A DNA stretch of 42,615 bases from Klebsormidium nitens (lineage: Eukaryota; Plantae; Klebsormidiophyceae). The stretch's first letter is position 1, and each line of letters begins with the position of its first letter. The notes beneath the pieces are model-generated. The model was given only the letters and a program-made list of their open reading frames with translations, was not told the origin of the DNA and ran no database searches. This document shows, in pieces, positions 1 through 12,551 of the stretch. A program made the translations under genes and the position numbers. The stretch lies in assembly GCA_000708835.1 (NCBI GenBank), contig DF237656.1, positions 1 to 42,615 on the forward strand, written 5' to 3'.

Positions 1-110
1 GAATGTGCTCCCACTGTCGAATACCGTCCTACCACCTTAAATATGAAATTGCAGCAATATTAATATCTTGTATTAAAATTTGCTGCACTGTCATTCTTTA
101 CATTCACAAG

Positions 111-3100
111 ATGGCGCTCCAACAGGTGGCGCGCACCCTAGGGAGGACCGGTTTGGCCAAGCTGCTGGAGAAGGTCCCCCGTCCCGCCGGCATTGTGCTC
201 CTTGATTCTGCTCCTCACCTTGGAACAGCATCAAACGGCGGCCAATTGGAAGCCAGCAATGCTGAGGCGTCCTTTTCTGGCGAGCCTGCATTGCGGCCAG
301 CAAATGCTAGCGGTTTCTCCGCATTCTCGGTAACGGTCTCTGCACAGCTCCGCACTTTTGCGTCGGCTGCGGTTGAGGAGGTGAGCGCGGCGGACGATAA
401 GGGATCTGGTGAAAATAGAGGCGAGGCACCCCAAGAACCTGATGTGGGAGTCGCAGACATGGGTGCTTCACCACCCAGCGACAATTCTGTGGAGGGCAAA
501 TCGGAGCCAGCAAAGACCGGCAGCAGAGCAACCAAACGGCGCAAGGCGCGCAGGATAGCGAGACGAGCGAAGCAGGCGGAGATCGAGGGGGGAAAACCGC
601 CAAACTCTCCTGATGGACGGCCAAATTGGGGCAGGGATAGTGCGGACAACAAGTACAGCATGCGCGAAAAGAAGCGAACCGTGGGGCCCGCGAAAGACGC
701 CCTTTTGCAGCTGATCAGACAAGCGGCGCCTGATGCGGACCTGGACGAGTTGCTCGCGGACGGGAAAGCGGGCAAGAACGAAATCGACGGGAAGGTCGTC
801 CAGCTGGCGTTGTACGGTCTGGCCAACGAGGGCGACACGATTGGGTCCGGGCTCCCCCATCTCGACGAAGAAAACGAGGATGATCGGGAAAGCAGTTCGA
901 ACAAATTGGGTCGCTCGCTGAACCTGCTTGACTGGTGGCAACGGAAGGACGCGGACAACGAGGAGCAGGAATGCGGCCCGAACGATGCGCTCCGCGCGCT
1001 GAATCTGTTTGAGTGGTGGCAGAAAAAGAATGCCGGCGCGCCGCAGGTGTGGCTGCTGAACCCGCTGCTCAAGGCGCTGGCGCGGGGGGAGCACGACACG
1101 CAGATCCAAGCGCTCTGGGAGACATACAAAGCGAGCGCGAAGTACGACGACCGGCTGATTGCGGACTTCCTGCAGGCGTTTTACAACCGGGGGAGGTTCG
1201 AGGAAGTGCTCGCGACGCACAAGGAAGTGGTGGACAATAAGTGGACCGCGGTGCACAAGGCGAACGACTTTGCGCTGCTCGCGCTGCTCGGCCAGGGCGC
1301 GCCGGCGGACGAGGCGTGGCAGTTCTACAAGCAGTTTGTGGAGAAGTCGGGGCAGGGGCTGCACAATCAGAGGTGCTTGGTCGCCTTGCTCGAGAGTGGG
1401 GTCTCGGTGGAGCAGATCCGCTCGCTCGAGTACAAGGAACCGGACCGTGTGGCGCACCGGCTGATCCAGGCGCTGTGCAAGATGGGACGGCGGGACGAGG
1501 CGGGACTGATCGTGAAGGAGCTGGTGGAAAGGGAACAGCCGGAGATGCCGCTCACACCGCTCGTCTCGATCCTATCGACCATGGTCGCGACCGGCTTCAA
1601 GGTCAGAATGGATCCAATACCTAGTATTGCAAGCTTCCTTGTAGGTTTCAGGTGTGGAGCCCTTGTTTTTAAGCATAGGGTGATCCTGAGTCTGAAGTGG
1701 ATGACAGATTCTCCCAGCATAAGGCACCGAATTCCAAAAAGACTCGATCAATGTTGTAGCATCGCCAATATGAGTCGACGTTCCAATGTCGCAATCCCAA
1801 ATTGATTTCCATGAACCTTGCCCTTGACTTTTCAATTGGTGGACCCTAAGAGTTTAGGCCACTGCTGAGCCTGAAGTTGAGGACAGACTCTCCCAACCTC
1901 CAAGCTTCAAGGTTCAAAATTTTATTCAATGCTCCTTGTTGCGATGTTTGTCCAACTTTTTGATGACTTGTCTGACTCTCACCTCCTTGTCTGCTTGCTT
2001 GAGTTCTAACATTTTGGCGCCAACTCTGGAGCCTTCACATCCGATTTGGACGCTTGTTCACCTCTTCAGCGCATGAAGAGGCCCAGAACCTGCAGCACCG
2101 AAACCGGCTCGCGCCCTCACATTGTTCACAAATAACCACTGACGTTCTTTGGACGCTGGTCCTTCGGTTTCGCACGCTTCGTGACGCTAGTGACGCACTT
2201 CGGACGCTTCTGAATTCTCCTCTTGTGCAGAATGAGGCTCAGAAGCTGGTGGACCTGCCCCACAACTAGAATGTTCTCCCCCTTGCGATGAAGGGTCTAT
2301 TATGAGGTCAAGAGGGGGTCAAGGGTTTCTCGTTTTCGAAGCAGGGGATCTGCGGGGTTTAGAAGGGGTTAAGTCGCTCAAGTTTCGATCTCGGTCAATC
2401 CGGTAAGGGTTCCGACCGATAGGATCACGAATAAATTTGCCTTACCGTTTTTGGAACATGTCATGTCAATGAGGGAGGCAAAAAGGATCGTTTCTCCGCG
2501 ACCGGGTGCTCGCCTTCTTTGGAACCGGTTCCTTCCTTTTTGGACTCTTCACGACGCGTTTTGGACGCTCATCCCCTCTCCCGTGCAGGAAGAGGCCCGG
2601 ACCTGCGCCAACAAAGTTTCGGCCGCGCTCACTTTCGCACTCATCTATGACGTGATAACTTGCGTTTCGGATGCTTCGTGATGCTTACCGGACGCTTTCT
2701 CCCCTTGTTCTGTTCAGGAAGAGGCGCAGAAGCTGGTGGACCTGCGGGCCCAGAAAAGCGGTTTGCAACTTGACCACGCGCTCGGGTACGTGATCCGGAA
2801 CCGCAAGAACGCGTGGTCGGGCGTCTCGGCGTACCGCGCGCTGATGGAGCTGGAGGGGCCACACCGGAAGAGCCTCCCGGTGCAGGCGGCGATGATCGCG
2901 CACGTCTACTTCCCGCTCCGGAAGATGGACGCCATGCTTCGGGTGAGCTTTCCTTTTTTTGTTCTTCTTTTTTTGTCTTGATTCTTTTAAGAAGTTGCTT
3001 GTTTTTCAGAGTTCTGAAGTTCCTGATTTTGGAAAGGCAGGATTTCAGGGTGGTCGAGGGTTTTGCTTCGGGGTTGCGGCCTTCTTGAGCTGAGCTCGAG

Positions 3101-4988
3101 GATTGGTGCTGCCTGTATCCCGCTCAAAAGAGGGAGGTCATGGGTCCAGTTCGGATTTGGGTTTGAATTTCCGAGTATGAGGATCGAGTTTACGGAGTTG
3201 TGGTTCCAGAATTTCAAGCTAGAGGCTTCCGTTCCTTGTTGAAGAGCGCGGCATTTGCGTATATCTAGCTCCCGCTAAGGGGATGGAAATCACGCTTCAG
3301 GTGGGCGCTGTGGAAAGGGTTTCAAGGGCAGGTCTGACCCTCATTTGCTACTCTCTTCCTGAGGGTAAGCTAACCCACCTTCTTAGTTAACCCGGTCTTC
3401 CGTAACCCGCAGGCGTACAAGCTCGGAAAGACTTTCGAAGGCCGGTTTCATGCCGCTGTCGTTGGGAAGGTGATATACGCACTGGCCTTGGAGAATCGGG
3501 CGGCAGAGGCGGAAACCATTCTCGCGGAGTTTTATGAGTCGAAGGAGGACGCGCCGATGCACGAGACGCTCGGGATGCTCCCGGAGAGCATGTACCACAG
3601 GTGCGGCTTTTCCCTCGCCTCTAGTTCTAAAGGGCATCAGCTTTCGAAGCGCACTGCTGGCAATCGTTTTCGAGGGTCTTATTAAGTTTTCTGTAAATTG
3701 GTGGAACACTTTGCATCAGCCCTCCAGTATAGCCTAATTTGGAACAGAAATTTCATATCTCAATGCTTGTTGTGAACTGCTGACCTGGTCTATCACAAAA
3801 CTCGTTCTAAATGATTGAACACGCAGAGAACAGATTGGAATTGAGTTCATTTACCCCAAGATCGTTTCTACGCTTTTACACCCAGCAGGCGGGCCTCGGG
3901 TCTCTAAATCCGTTGTGGACCCAACGCCTGACAGTGCCGTACCCCAAAATTTACCTGCGCGCACAGCAGCCAGACAAATTCCTGATCCGGGGGATGCTTG
4001 TGCAAAAAGAACCACGCGGAGGGTTTGGCGGACAAGCTTTGGTTGCTTGACTCGAATCATAATCCGACGCCTCACGTTTCCTCCGTCCCTTTTCCAGGCT
4101 GTTTGAATGTACTTGCGTGCAGAGCAGCCAGACAAGGCCGTGGATCTGATGAGGAGTAATGAGACATAGTTGTTTTTTTCCCGAGAAGCTCTGTTTCCCT
4201 AAACCCCGACCCTAACCTGACGTCTGTCGTTCCATCCGTCCGTTTTCCAGGCTGCCCGAAAAGTACCTGCGAGCAGAGCAGCCAGACAGAGTCGCCGATC
4301 TAACTCGGGGGAAACTCAGGAGCACAATCACGACATGACGGGTTTTGTTGAAAAGCTTTGGTTTTCTTAACCCGGACCTTCATCTGACGCCTGACGTCGC
4401 CTCCTCCGTTTCCAGGCTGTTCGAGATGTACCTGCGAGCGGAGCAGCCAGATAAGGCCGTGAATGTGGTTCGCGGCATGGTCGAGCACAAATATTACGTG
4501 AAGACTTCTGTGGACAAGCGTTGGATTTCTAAACCCGAATTCTAACCCAGCGCCTGACGTTCGTTTTCTCTGTTTCCAGGCTGTTCGAAATGTACCTGCG
4601 AGCAGAGCAGCCAGACAAGGCCGTGAATGTGGTTCGCGGCATGGTCGAGCACAAATACTACGTGAAGGAGGCTTCACTTAACAATTGGGCCGAGCGCTTA
4701 CGCAATGCGGGGTTCGCCACGCAAGCCGAACAGGTCGAGATTGCGGGGGAGGACATGAAGGCGTACCGGCCAAAGTTTGAGCGTCCAGGGGAGCGGTATA
4801 AGGGGCGGACGTACTTGCACAAGTCGAAGAACGGAAAGGTGACAGGGGGGAAGGATGAGCGGGGCACGGAGGGGGGGGAGAAGGAGTCGAGCGCCGAAGG
4901 GGGGGAGAAAGAGGTGAGCGCCGAAGGGGGGGAGAAGGATCAGGGCACCGAAGGGGAGGGAAAGTTGCAATCAATTGGGGTCCAGTAG
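111..4988 (+). CDS. PPR/PPR-like helical-repeat protein, probably mitochondrion-targeted, about 770 aa, 4 exons
   Basis: Exons 111-1601, 2718-2942, 3413-3600 and 4580-4988 join in frame across GT-AG introns (2313 nt). The N-terminus resembles a presequence (MALQQVARTLGRTGLAKLLEK...QLRTFASAA). Degenerate PPR-like helix pairs follow, e.g. VAHRLIQALCKMGRRDEAGLIVKELVER and MYHRLFEMYLRAEQPDKAVNVVRGMVEH. Confidence 0.7.
2050..2717 (+). repeat. Degenerate copies of the exon-2 acceptor junction in PPR intron 1
   Basis: Functional junction is tgttcag|GAAGAGGCGCAGAAGCTGGTGGACCTG at 2718. Copies: tgtgcag|AATGAGGCTCAGAAGCTGGTGGACCTG (~2224-2257), cgtgcag|GAAGAGGCCCGGACCTG (~2582-2605), and a weaker one at ~2065-2100. 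Confidence 0.75.
3880..4579 (+). repeat. Tandem array (period about 150-165 nt) of copies of the last-exon acceptor junction in PPR intron 3
   Basis: ttccag|GCTGTTCGA(A/G)ATGTACCTGCG-like units have their AG at 4096-97, 4249-50, 4414-15 and 4578-79 (functional). A decayed unit lies at ~3940-4010. Confidence 0.9.
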
Positions 4989-6534
4989 ATATGGATGATT
5001 GGGGAGCGAGAAGAAGAGTGCGGTGAAACCAGGGTCGTGTCGATTGGGAGAAACCTGCATCTGGAACGCGCACAGGGCGCCTGATATGCTTGGAGATCGT
5101 GATAGACAGAGATGGGTTCCAGTTTGAGTCGGGGAGCAAGAACGGTTTTGGTGGACAAATTGGACATGCGCTAAAAGGTATGCCAAAGAAGCAAAACGAT
5201 ATCGGGCTAAAAGATGAATATTGACTGTCGACCGTGAGCTGCCAACCCGTTCGCTGATGTGCAGCAGTACAGCTAGTCACTTACTCATTGAGCCACTAGT
5301 CACAGGCATGTGCATATTGGTTTGTAGAATTCTTACAGTGAGACGGCATGCGCGGGCTGTAATCAGGCTTGCAGCACATTGCGGACAGATTGTGAAGGCC
5401 GTGCCCGCGCATTGACTCCCGGAACTGCATGGAATCTGATATTGAGCTTGAGCACGTGCGGCCCCGCAACATACTGGAGCCCGGCCGTTGACAGCCGCTG
5501 AGCATGGCATGTGTCGCAAAGTGAGATTGCTCCAGCTATGCGTTTGAATCGATACCGGAGAGCATCCGTTCACAAGTGAAGCAACTGGTGGGTCACGTGC
5601 TGCGCCGCGACTTGGATCGACAGTCACATTTGGCGCTCAGTGTGCATATGTAAGAACTGTATCCGATCTGATCTCATGCTGATGCATGGTTAAACATGGA
5701 GCCACTGAAATCTCCTCCGAGGATGATTGCAGATGTATTTCGGCGTACGAATATTAGCTAGTATATTGTGGGGACCTCGTTTATAATTTGGAGAAGTTCT
5801 AGACACCGTCTGGCATCATTCTAATGGCACATGTAATATGATCTATAAGTTGGCATAAGCACTCTATATTGGCACATGTGTAGCGCAGTCGTTGGAAGCG
5901 CCTGTACGCATCAGTGTCGGACTACTATCATAGTATCACCATCCTGCCCCTCCAGGATCGCAATGACTCTGGCAATGTACATATGATGCAGTCAATCATC
6001 TGCAAACGCGCGCCGAAACCTGGAACACGTAAATGCATGCAAGTCAGCCGGGCCGCCTCTGAGGCGGCCGCACTTGCCACAGTACAGCCCTACGTATAAT
6101 GAAAAGAACAAAGCCTGCTGAGCCTGCTGACCGTCAGACAAAAGACAACTTCCAACTTCAAACCCGCAGCATCAGAGTCTCTTGAGTCGCAATCATTTGG
6201 TCCTACCAACAGAAACTTGTAAGGTCGAGCTACAAAGCAGCAGGCAGCAGTCACAAGTCACATTGAAAGATGCATGTTCGCTAGCCTTGGCGCGCATGCC
6301 TGATCATTTCAATCTGACACCTTCGAGCCATAATGTCATGACTCGCACCTAGTGCCCCCCACTCGCTAGCAGCGAGACAAAGTCACTCAATTTGAGTCAA
6401 CGCAAAGCTTCCAAACGTTATGCAGAACCATCGCTGTCGGAACCATCGCTGTCGGACCTGTCATTTGGATCTTGACAGAAACTTCATTATGTACATAGCT
6501 TTTGACTCAAGCTACAGTAGGGCTCGAAATGTCG

Positions 6535-7968
6535 TTAGTAGGACCAGAGGTTTAAGAACCCTGTCCCGCCGCCGCTCCCCTTGGCACCCCCCTTGAGCCC
6601 CCCCTTCTCCTTTGCCACTTCCTGCGCGCACCCGTGCGCCGGGCGCGCCGCCAGCTTCTCCAGCAACTTGAGTCCCGCGCCCTTATTCACACCCCCGATC
6701 GGCACCCGTTCACACTTGTGCTCGGCCGCATACCTATGTCTCAAACAGACGTCGACATGGCAGTCTTTGCACCGCACCTTGTTCGAAAAGGTGAGCACTT
6801 CTCTGCAGCCCTTAACGGGGCACCGCGGTTTCTTGTGGACTTTTTCATAGTGGGAGGGGTCGCAGGCGGTTGATGAAAGGTGGGTTTCCAGAACCTGGTC
6901 GGAGGTTTGGTTAGCGACAAGCTTAACCGACTTGGCGCATAGGGGGCAGAGAAGGACGAAGTTGGTGTCGGATTTGTTGGCAGCTTTTGGACAGTCGTGC
7001 GCTGCGTACTTGCGGTGCTCGAGGCAGAAGACCTGCACACAAAAGAATGGGTTAAGCATGACAACCAACAATTACCAGCACTGATCAAGTCTTTTCTGAA
7101 CCCAAACCCAAGTCAGTTCCTCCGGACGACAATTTTCAAGGGTAAATCGCAGTGATTCAACAATGAATGACAGAACCAACAACCTCTGAGGCTCTGCTTG
7201 AAACATGATGGACGTGAAATTGCTCCAAGAGATTGTTGAGAATTGAGCTTGAGTTCAAGTGAGCCGCAGACGCGCTGAGGCTATGTACCCAGAAAGAGAA
7301 AGGACCTGATGACTGGCAGGTACTCTACTCTAGTTGGATCAATCTACAGTTGAGAGTGTAAACCCCAGTGATATACATCATAATCCCCGAGAACATCTTG
7401 CGCCTTCCTACACATCTAGCGCTGGTTTCTAGCGCTGGTAAACCAGCCTACTTTTCCCCTTGAACTTTCACACTATCGGACGGTCAAGAAACAAGAGCTT
7501 AACGCTGGTGCGAAAGCACTTATCAAAACTTCTAAAAGCTTGCAGTGGTCACTTGACAAGACCTTTACTGCGCACCCTACGAGCCTGAAGAGCACAACAG
7601 ACCAACAGCTTAACAGCAGCAAAGTTTATGCTTGGAGAAGGACGGGTGCAGAGAATGACGACAGCAGTGACAACTGATAGAGAGACACTGAAGACAAGAA
7701 GAGGAGGTGAACTGACAACTTCAAAGCAACGGGCTGGCAAACATGGAAAGAAGGCCCACACAAGAATCTATGCTAGGATGAACAGGCTCAAATATTACGA
7801 GCTGTAGAGGAACGAGACCAGTTGAGAATCTAACAACGCCTCCTGGATGACAGATTGTCAGGAACTTACCTCTTGGCAGGCATCGCACTTGAAAGGCAGG
7901 AAATCCAACTGCGCGCAATCGCTCTTAGCGCAGTGCTCCCCAAGCTCCGTAAAAAGAAGCGTCCCCAT
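6535..7968 (-). CDS. AN1-type zinc finger protein with two AN1 domains (ZFAND2/AIRAP-like, plant SAP12-like), 198 aa, 2 exons
   Basis: Exon 7968-7870 ([33 protein letters not shown]|gtaagt) joins exon 7032-6535 (cag|[14 protein letters not shown]...CPLC...RCPVKGC...[20 protein letters not shown]). Both AN1 Cys/His patterns are complete. Confidence 0.93.
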
Positions 7969-8216
7969 GATCAACAATCCAAAGAAAGCTGCCGGCGACC
8001 CCTACTCAGCTTGCTCAAAGAACAAGGCCACACTCCTTCTTACAAGACTCTCAGGCGAGGGCTCTCAGCACAACTTTGCTATGGCTGCTTGCTGGCAGAT
8101 CGCTACTTTTGTTGGTGGTGGATGAGACGACCTCTGAAGTCTTTTGAAGTTTGAGCGGCGCCTGGAGCATCCCCACTGCTGAGGGAAACGTGCTTCTAGA
8201 ACCCCCCTGAAGAACC

Positions 8217-8225
8217 AAACCCTAA
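8217..8225 (+). promoter_or_regulatory. Telo-box (AAACCCTAA) in the divergent promoter between the AN1 and RGTB genes
   Basis: Exact motif inside the ~730 bp head-to-head intergenic region 7969-8702. Telo-boxes are known plant promoter elements, but function here is untested. Confidence 0.3.
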
Positions 8226-8702
8226 TCCAGAAAGGTCGCGAACCCTCCGGTCCCGCCTAACCGCAGTCGTTAACCGCCTTGGTTGGGGCGGTTGCGTACC
8301 CTTTTGGGGTTTGAAAACTAGGTTAACTTCTGGTTCGTCGTGGCGCTCCTTAGAGCGACCCTGGGCAAACCCCCATGGAATCGTTAACCCGATCAATTCC
8401 GCCCAGCTGCACTTCCGACGGACTGTTCCGCTCACCTGGATGACCAAGCTAGCGCGGAACAAGGCGTTTTCCATGGCCTCCTAAGTTCCTTTCCTCCCTT
8501 GCTGCTTCAGACTCAGTGCTTGCAAAACAGCTGATCTGGAGGTGAAAGGAGGCGGTCCCTAGTGCAATTGACGAGCAGCACCAAGCTTGAACCAGTGTGA
8601 TGTGCGTTCTCGGGCCTCGCAAGGCTGAACAGGAGCGATTCTGCTAGGTAGTGGAGAATTTCAAGCATTGGCAGAAGGAAGAAAAGCTCAAAGGCTGCTA
8701 CT

Positions 8703-11700
8703 ATGGCAACCCAAGCAGATGATGGGATGACTTCCAGAGCTGAAGCAGCAGCTGAAGGAACCGAGTGTGGGAATGCTGGTAGCGAGGCGGGGCCTTCTGG
8801 GAGGAGCACGCTGCTGGTTGACAAGCACAAATCGTACATCAAAAGCTTGGACAATGTGAGGCAAAGTTGCTCCTTGGTGGAATGACTAGCAGCCATTGGT
8901 GTCAGATTCTAAACGGGTCTTTTTCTAAACGAAAGCAGAGTGTCGGACGATTCTTGTCTTCTGCAATATCCCCACAAACAATTGAATTAGACCATCCCCA
9001 TGTGGTATGTCTCTCTGCTAGCAGAACTTATCATCAGCCTTGAATGAGGACAGGCTTAATAGGGATGCAAGAGTTGTATAAGTTATGGCCAACATGAAGC
9101 TTTGGTGATGAAGGTGACTAACAGTTTCCAACTTGCCAGGTTGTCGAGAGCTTGTGAGTGGTGTGTGATGTATTTCAATTATAACACTTGGATACCATTC
9201 AACAATTCAAAAGAAGCCCCGGCCTGACCTGCTCTCAAACTTCGTGACTAAAGTACCGTGCGATGTTAGTAGATTCTATGCTCGCTTCTCTAGTGGTATA
9301 CAGCAATCACCTGATGGAAAAAGGATTCTTCTATAGTGCGCTAACTGACGATTCGAATCTTATCCTCGGAGCAGTGACTCGACTGTGCCATCGAAGAGTG
9401 GAATTTTCTTCTATCTGCACCAGTCACAATTTTCAGCGCCAGTTGCTGGGATTTGACGTATGTAAACTTCAACCGCTGAAAGGTCACTTCTCTAGTCTTC
9501 TACTTGGGTGGTTCAGGGCTAACAGCTGCTCAAGCGCCTGCAACCAGTACAATTCTCCTCTTCCCACAAGCCCCAAACTTCAGCAGCAGATTCATGAGTT
9601 TGAAGAATTTCAAACATTCTCAACGGCAATCTTGACCAATTTCCTTTCTCCCTTCTCTCCCAGGACACTGCGACCCTTGACTACCAGCTGACTGAGCATC
9701 TGCGTATGAGCGGCGTCTACTGGGGCCTGACCGCGATGGATTTGATGCACTGCTTACACGAGATGGACTCAGAACGGGTGGTCAAATGGGTGATGAGCTG
9801 TCAGCACAAGAACGGGGCGTTTGGGGGCAATCGAGATCATGATGCGCACCTGTTGTATACGCTCAGTGCGGTGCAAATCCTGGCGCTGTATGATAAGTTG
9901 GACCTGCTTGATGGGAAGAAGATCGCAGCATATGTGGTCAGCTTGCAGCAAGAAGATGGGTCGTTCGCAGGTGAGGTCTTGTTTGGACCACTCTCTTGTT
10001 CGATGGTTCACGACTCTTAAAGAAGTTCAACCTTGCTGGTGCTCGTGTCTACCTTCCGGCGGTACGCGAGCCAAATCGATCATACGGGGCATACCTTACC
10101 TCCCAAAGTGTCCGCCACAAGATTTTGCCACTTGCTCTATCTTTATTGCAGCAACTAACTGGCAAAAAGCCAGTACCAAGCTGGAAGGGTGTTGGTTCGG
10201 ATCAGAAGGCTTGGAGAGACAGCAAATTTGAATCACATTTACTACTTGTAAGCGCATCAGGTCTGAGCAGATACGAGGACGAGTTGCTGTCTTTCTCACT
10301 TTCAAATATGCGGTTTATGATGTCAAAGAGGAGCGGGTTCACGCGTTTGTGTCAGAAGAGTTGTTTTTCATTGCTGAAGGTGACAGAAAGTTCTCTAGCC
10401 TGCACCGAGTGGTTCACAGAGAGCAAGGCATCGTTCACCCCTCAAGCTGTTTCGATTCATATTCTACTGTGATATCTTTCTTGGACCAGTCTAGAGTCGG
10501 CCCCCTCATGCTTTAAAATGTGACAACATCCAATACGAGGGTATACGTGTGATTTGGTCCTCAAACGTGCATTTGGTCTCCCCCTCTCCAGGCGACGAGT
10601 TTGGCGAGATTGACACCAGATTTTCGTACGCGGCCATCCTGTGCCTCTCCCTTCTCAACAAGCTACACTCCATCAATGTGCCCCGGGCGGTCGACTACAT
10701 TATGCAGTGTCAAAACTTTGACGGCGGCTTCGGTGTGGCTCCGGGGCTGGAGTCGCACGCGGGCCAGATCTTCTGCTGCGTAGCCTCGCTTGCATTAACA
10801 GGTGAGGAGGTGCCAGATCAACTGCTCAAATGTGTTCTGTTAGCATCAGCGAGCTGTGGGTGTGGAAAGGAAGCGAGCTCTTCTGTTCACGCATTGTGCA
10901 TACCAGTAAGTCCGAGACGAGTGCACCGTCTGCATCTGAGGCGCTTCGTTCGGTACAGCTTAACCTGCAAAATGCTGACGTCATTCTACCGTCAGGGTCG
11001 CTGCACCGGCTGGACCGGGACCTGCTCGGGTGGTGGCTCGCGGAGCGGCAGGTGAAGGAGGGCGGCCTCAACGGACGCCCGGAGAAGCTGCCGGACGTGT
11101 GCTACTCGTGGTGAGCTTGCGAATATTATTGTCAACTTTTGTGTGATCTCACGGGCGTTCGACCTAAAACCCGGGGTTTAGGCCGCCCTCAAAAGCTGTC
11201 GGACGTGTGCTAGTCGTGGTGAGCCTGCAGAACATACTAGTTCTTTTCAACGTGACGTTACGGGCGTTCGGCCTGAGTTTCGGGTTACCCAGGTATTGTC
11301 ACGGAGGTTCCTATTTCAAGGTGTGACGGGCTCCGCACCTCAAACCGCGCTAGTTCTCAAACTTAACCTACTTTGAGCTGTATGCATGTGTGGTCTTGTA
11401 CGTTACTAGACATTTCACGGCGTAAGTCGCGAAGGAAACTTTACGGCGTTTTGCGAGCCTTGTCAGAGACTCAGCGACCTTTCGTGAACCTCTCTGAAGA
11501 TCTAGGAACACACGAAGTCATTGGCGACCAAAACGGTGTGCACGATCGTTGCGCTGCCTTGCTTTGCCCGATCAGTGACGTCCCGAGGCGCAAATCAGAA
11601 TCCTGAACTTCGATCCGATCGGAATTGACGCCTTAGGTCTCCAGCTTTTGTTGGTGACGTCGTTAATCGTGTCGCACCGAGTCAAAAGTGCACACGAGTG

Positions 11701-12551
11701 TTCTGCTCGCTGAATCCGTGACAGGTTTCACGCCAAGCCCTGTAGTTCGCAAGTTCAACAACAGCCACCTTGTATGAAATGATGGTGATCGTTTCTTTTG
11801 TCTGCAGGTGGGTTTTGTCGAGCCTGGTCATCATGGATCGCGTACACTGGATCGACCAAAAGGCGCTGCAGCGGTTTATCTTAGACTGCCAGGTACGTGT
11901 CCGTCTCTACTTAAGACGGAATCCGTTCCGGTCTTTGCAAACGCGTTCGATTGAAAGGAAGAGTCTTGCAGTCGCATCCTCATCGTTGATTGGGGACGTG
12001 TATGCTGCGTGCTTCATCTCTGGGTTGAAGCGGAAGGAGTGCAACTTGCAGTGTTCACCCTTCTCCATTGGAAGAGGTGTGACCAGTTGAAGCTAGATGA
12101 ATTTGTCCCAGACTGTTTGGCTTTTCTTTTTTTGCGGAGTCATACCTGCCGATTTCAGATCACGGACTTCTGACACTGTGCCCCACAGCCGAGTCAAGAA
12201 AGACTCAATGTGCGGGCCACAAGTTCGTCCAAGTTTTGAGGGTCTTTCTCCTCAAACGTGGCCGCGACTTTGCAGTTGGCAAATGCTCAACGAGCCAGGA
12301 AGCATGAGAGGACGATAAACTGTTACATTAATTTCTCCCCGCCTCTTATCTGTCTGACCCTTACGCAGGACGAAGAGCGAGGGGGCATCTCCGACCGACC
12401 AGACGACATGGTCGACGTGTTCCACACGTATTTTGGCGTGGCGGGACTTTCGTTGCTTGGGTACCCGGGATTGAAAGCCATCGATCCCGCGTATGCGCTC
12501 CCCATAGATGTAGTTGAGAAGATTGTCCGTTCAAGAAGAACAGAAAGTTAG
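8703..12551 (+). CDS. RGTB1: Rab geranylgeranyltransferase (type II) beta subunit, 350 aa, 6 exons
   Basis: Exons 8703-8855, 9664-9970, 10592-10801, 10996-11110, 11808-11892 and 12369-12551 join in frame (1053 nt). Motifs [50 protein letters not shown] and [21 protein letters not shown] match the RABGGTB/BET2 family. Confidence 0.96.
11111..11290 (+). repeat. Copy of the exon-4 end, donor and following intron segment in RGTB intron 4
   Basis: AAGCTGCCGGACGTGTGCTACTCGTG|GTGAGC recurs as AAGCTGTCGGACGTGTGCTAGTCGTG|GTGAGC about 108 nt downstream. The spacer motif acgggcgttcg is also repeated. Confidence 0.85.

Noticed and set aside
215-1457. Long antisense ORFs (304 and 329 aa) over PPR exon 1, and similar shadows over the KDZ gene (38830-40489)
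   Set aside because: These are expected shadows of GC3-rich coding sequence, with no motifs or independent signals.
6424-6455. Short two-copy tandem repeats (6424-6455, ~7415-7440, ~15814-15843, ~31333-31375, ~34095-34135)
   Set aside because: Ordinary slippage duplications of 13-25 bp, not tied to splice junctions.
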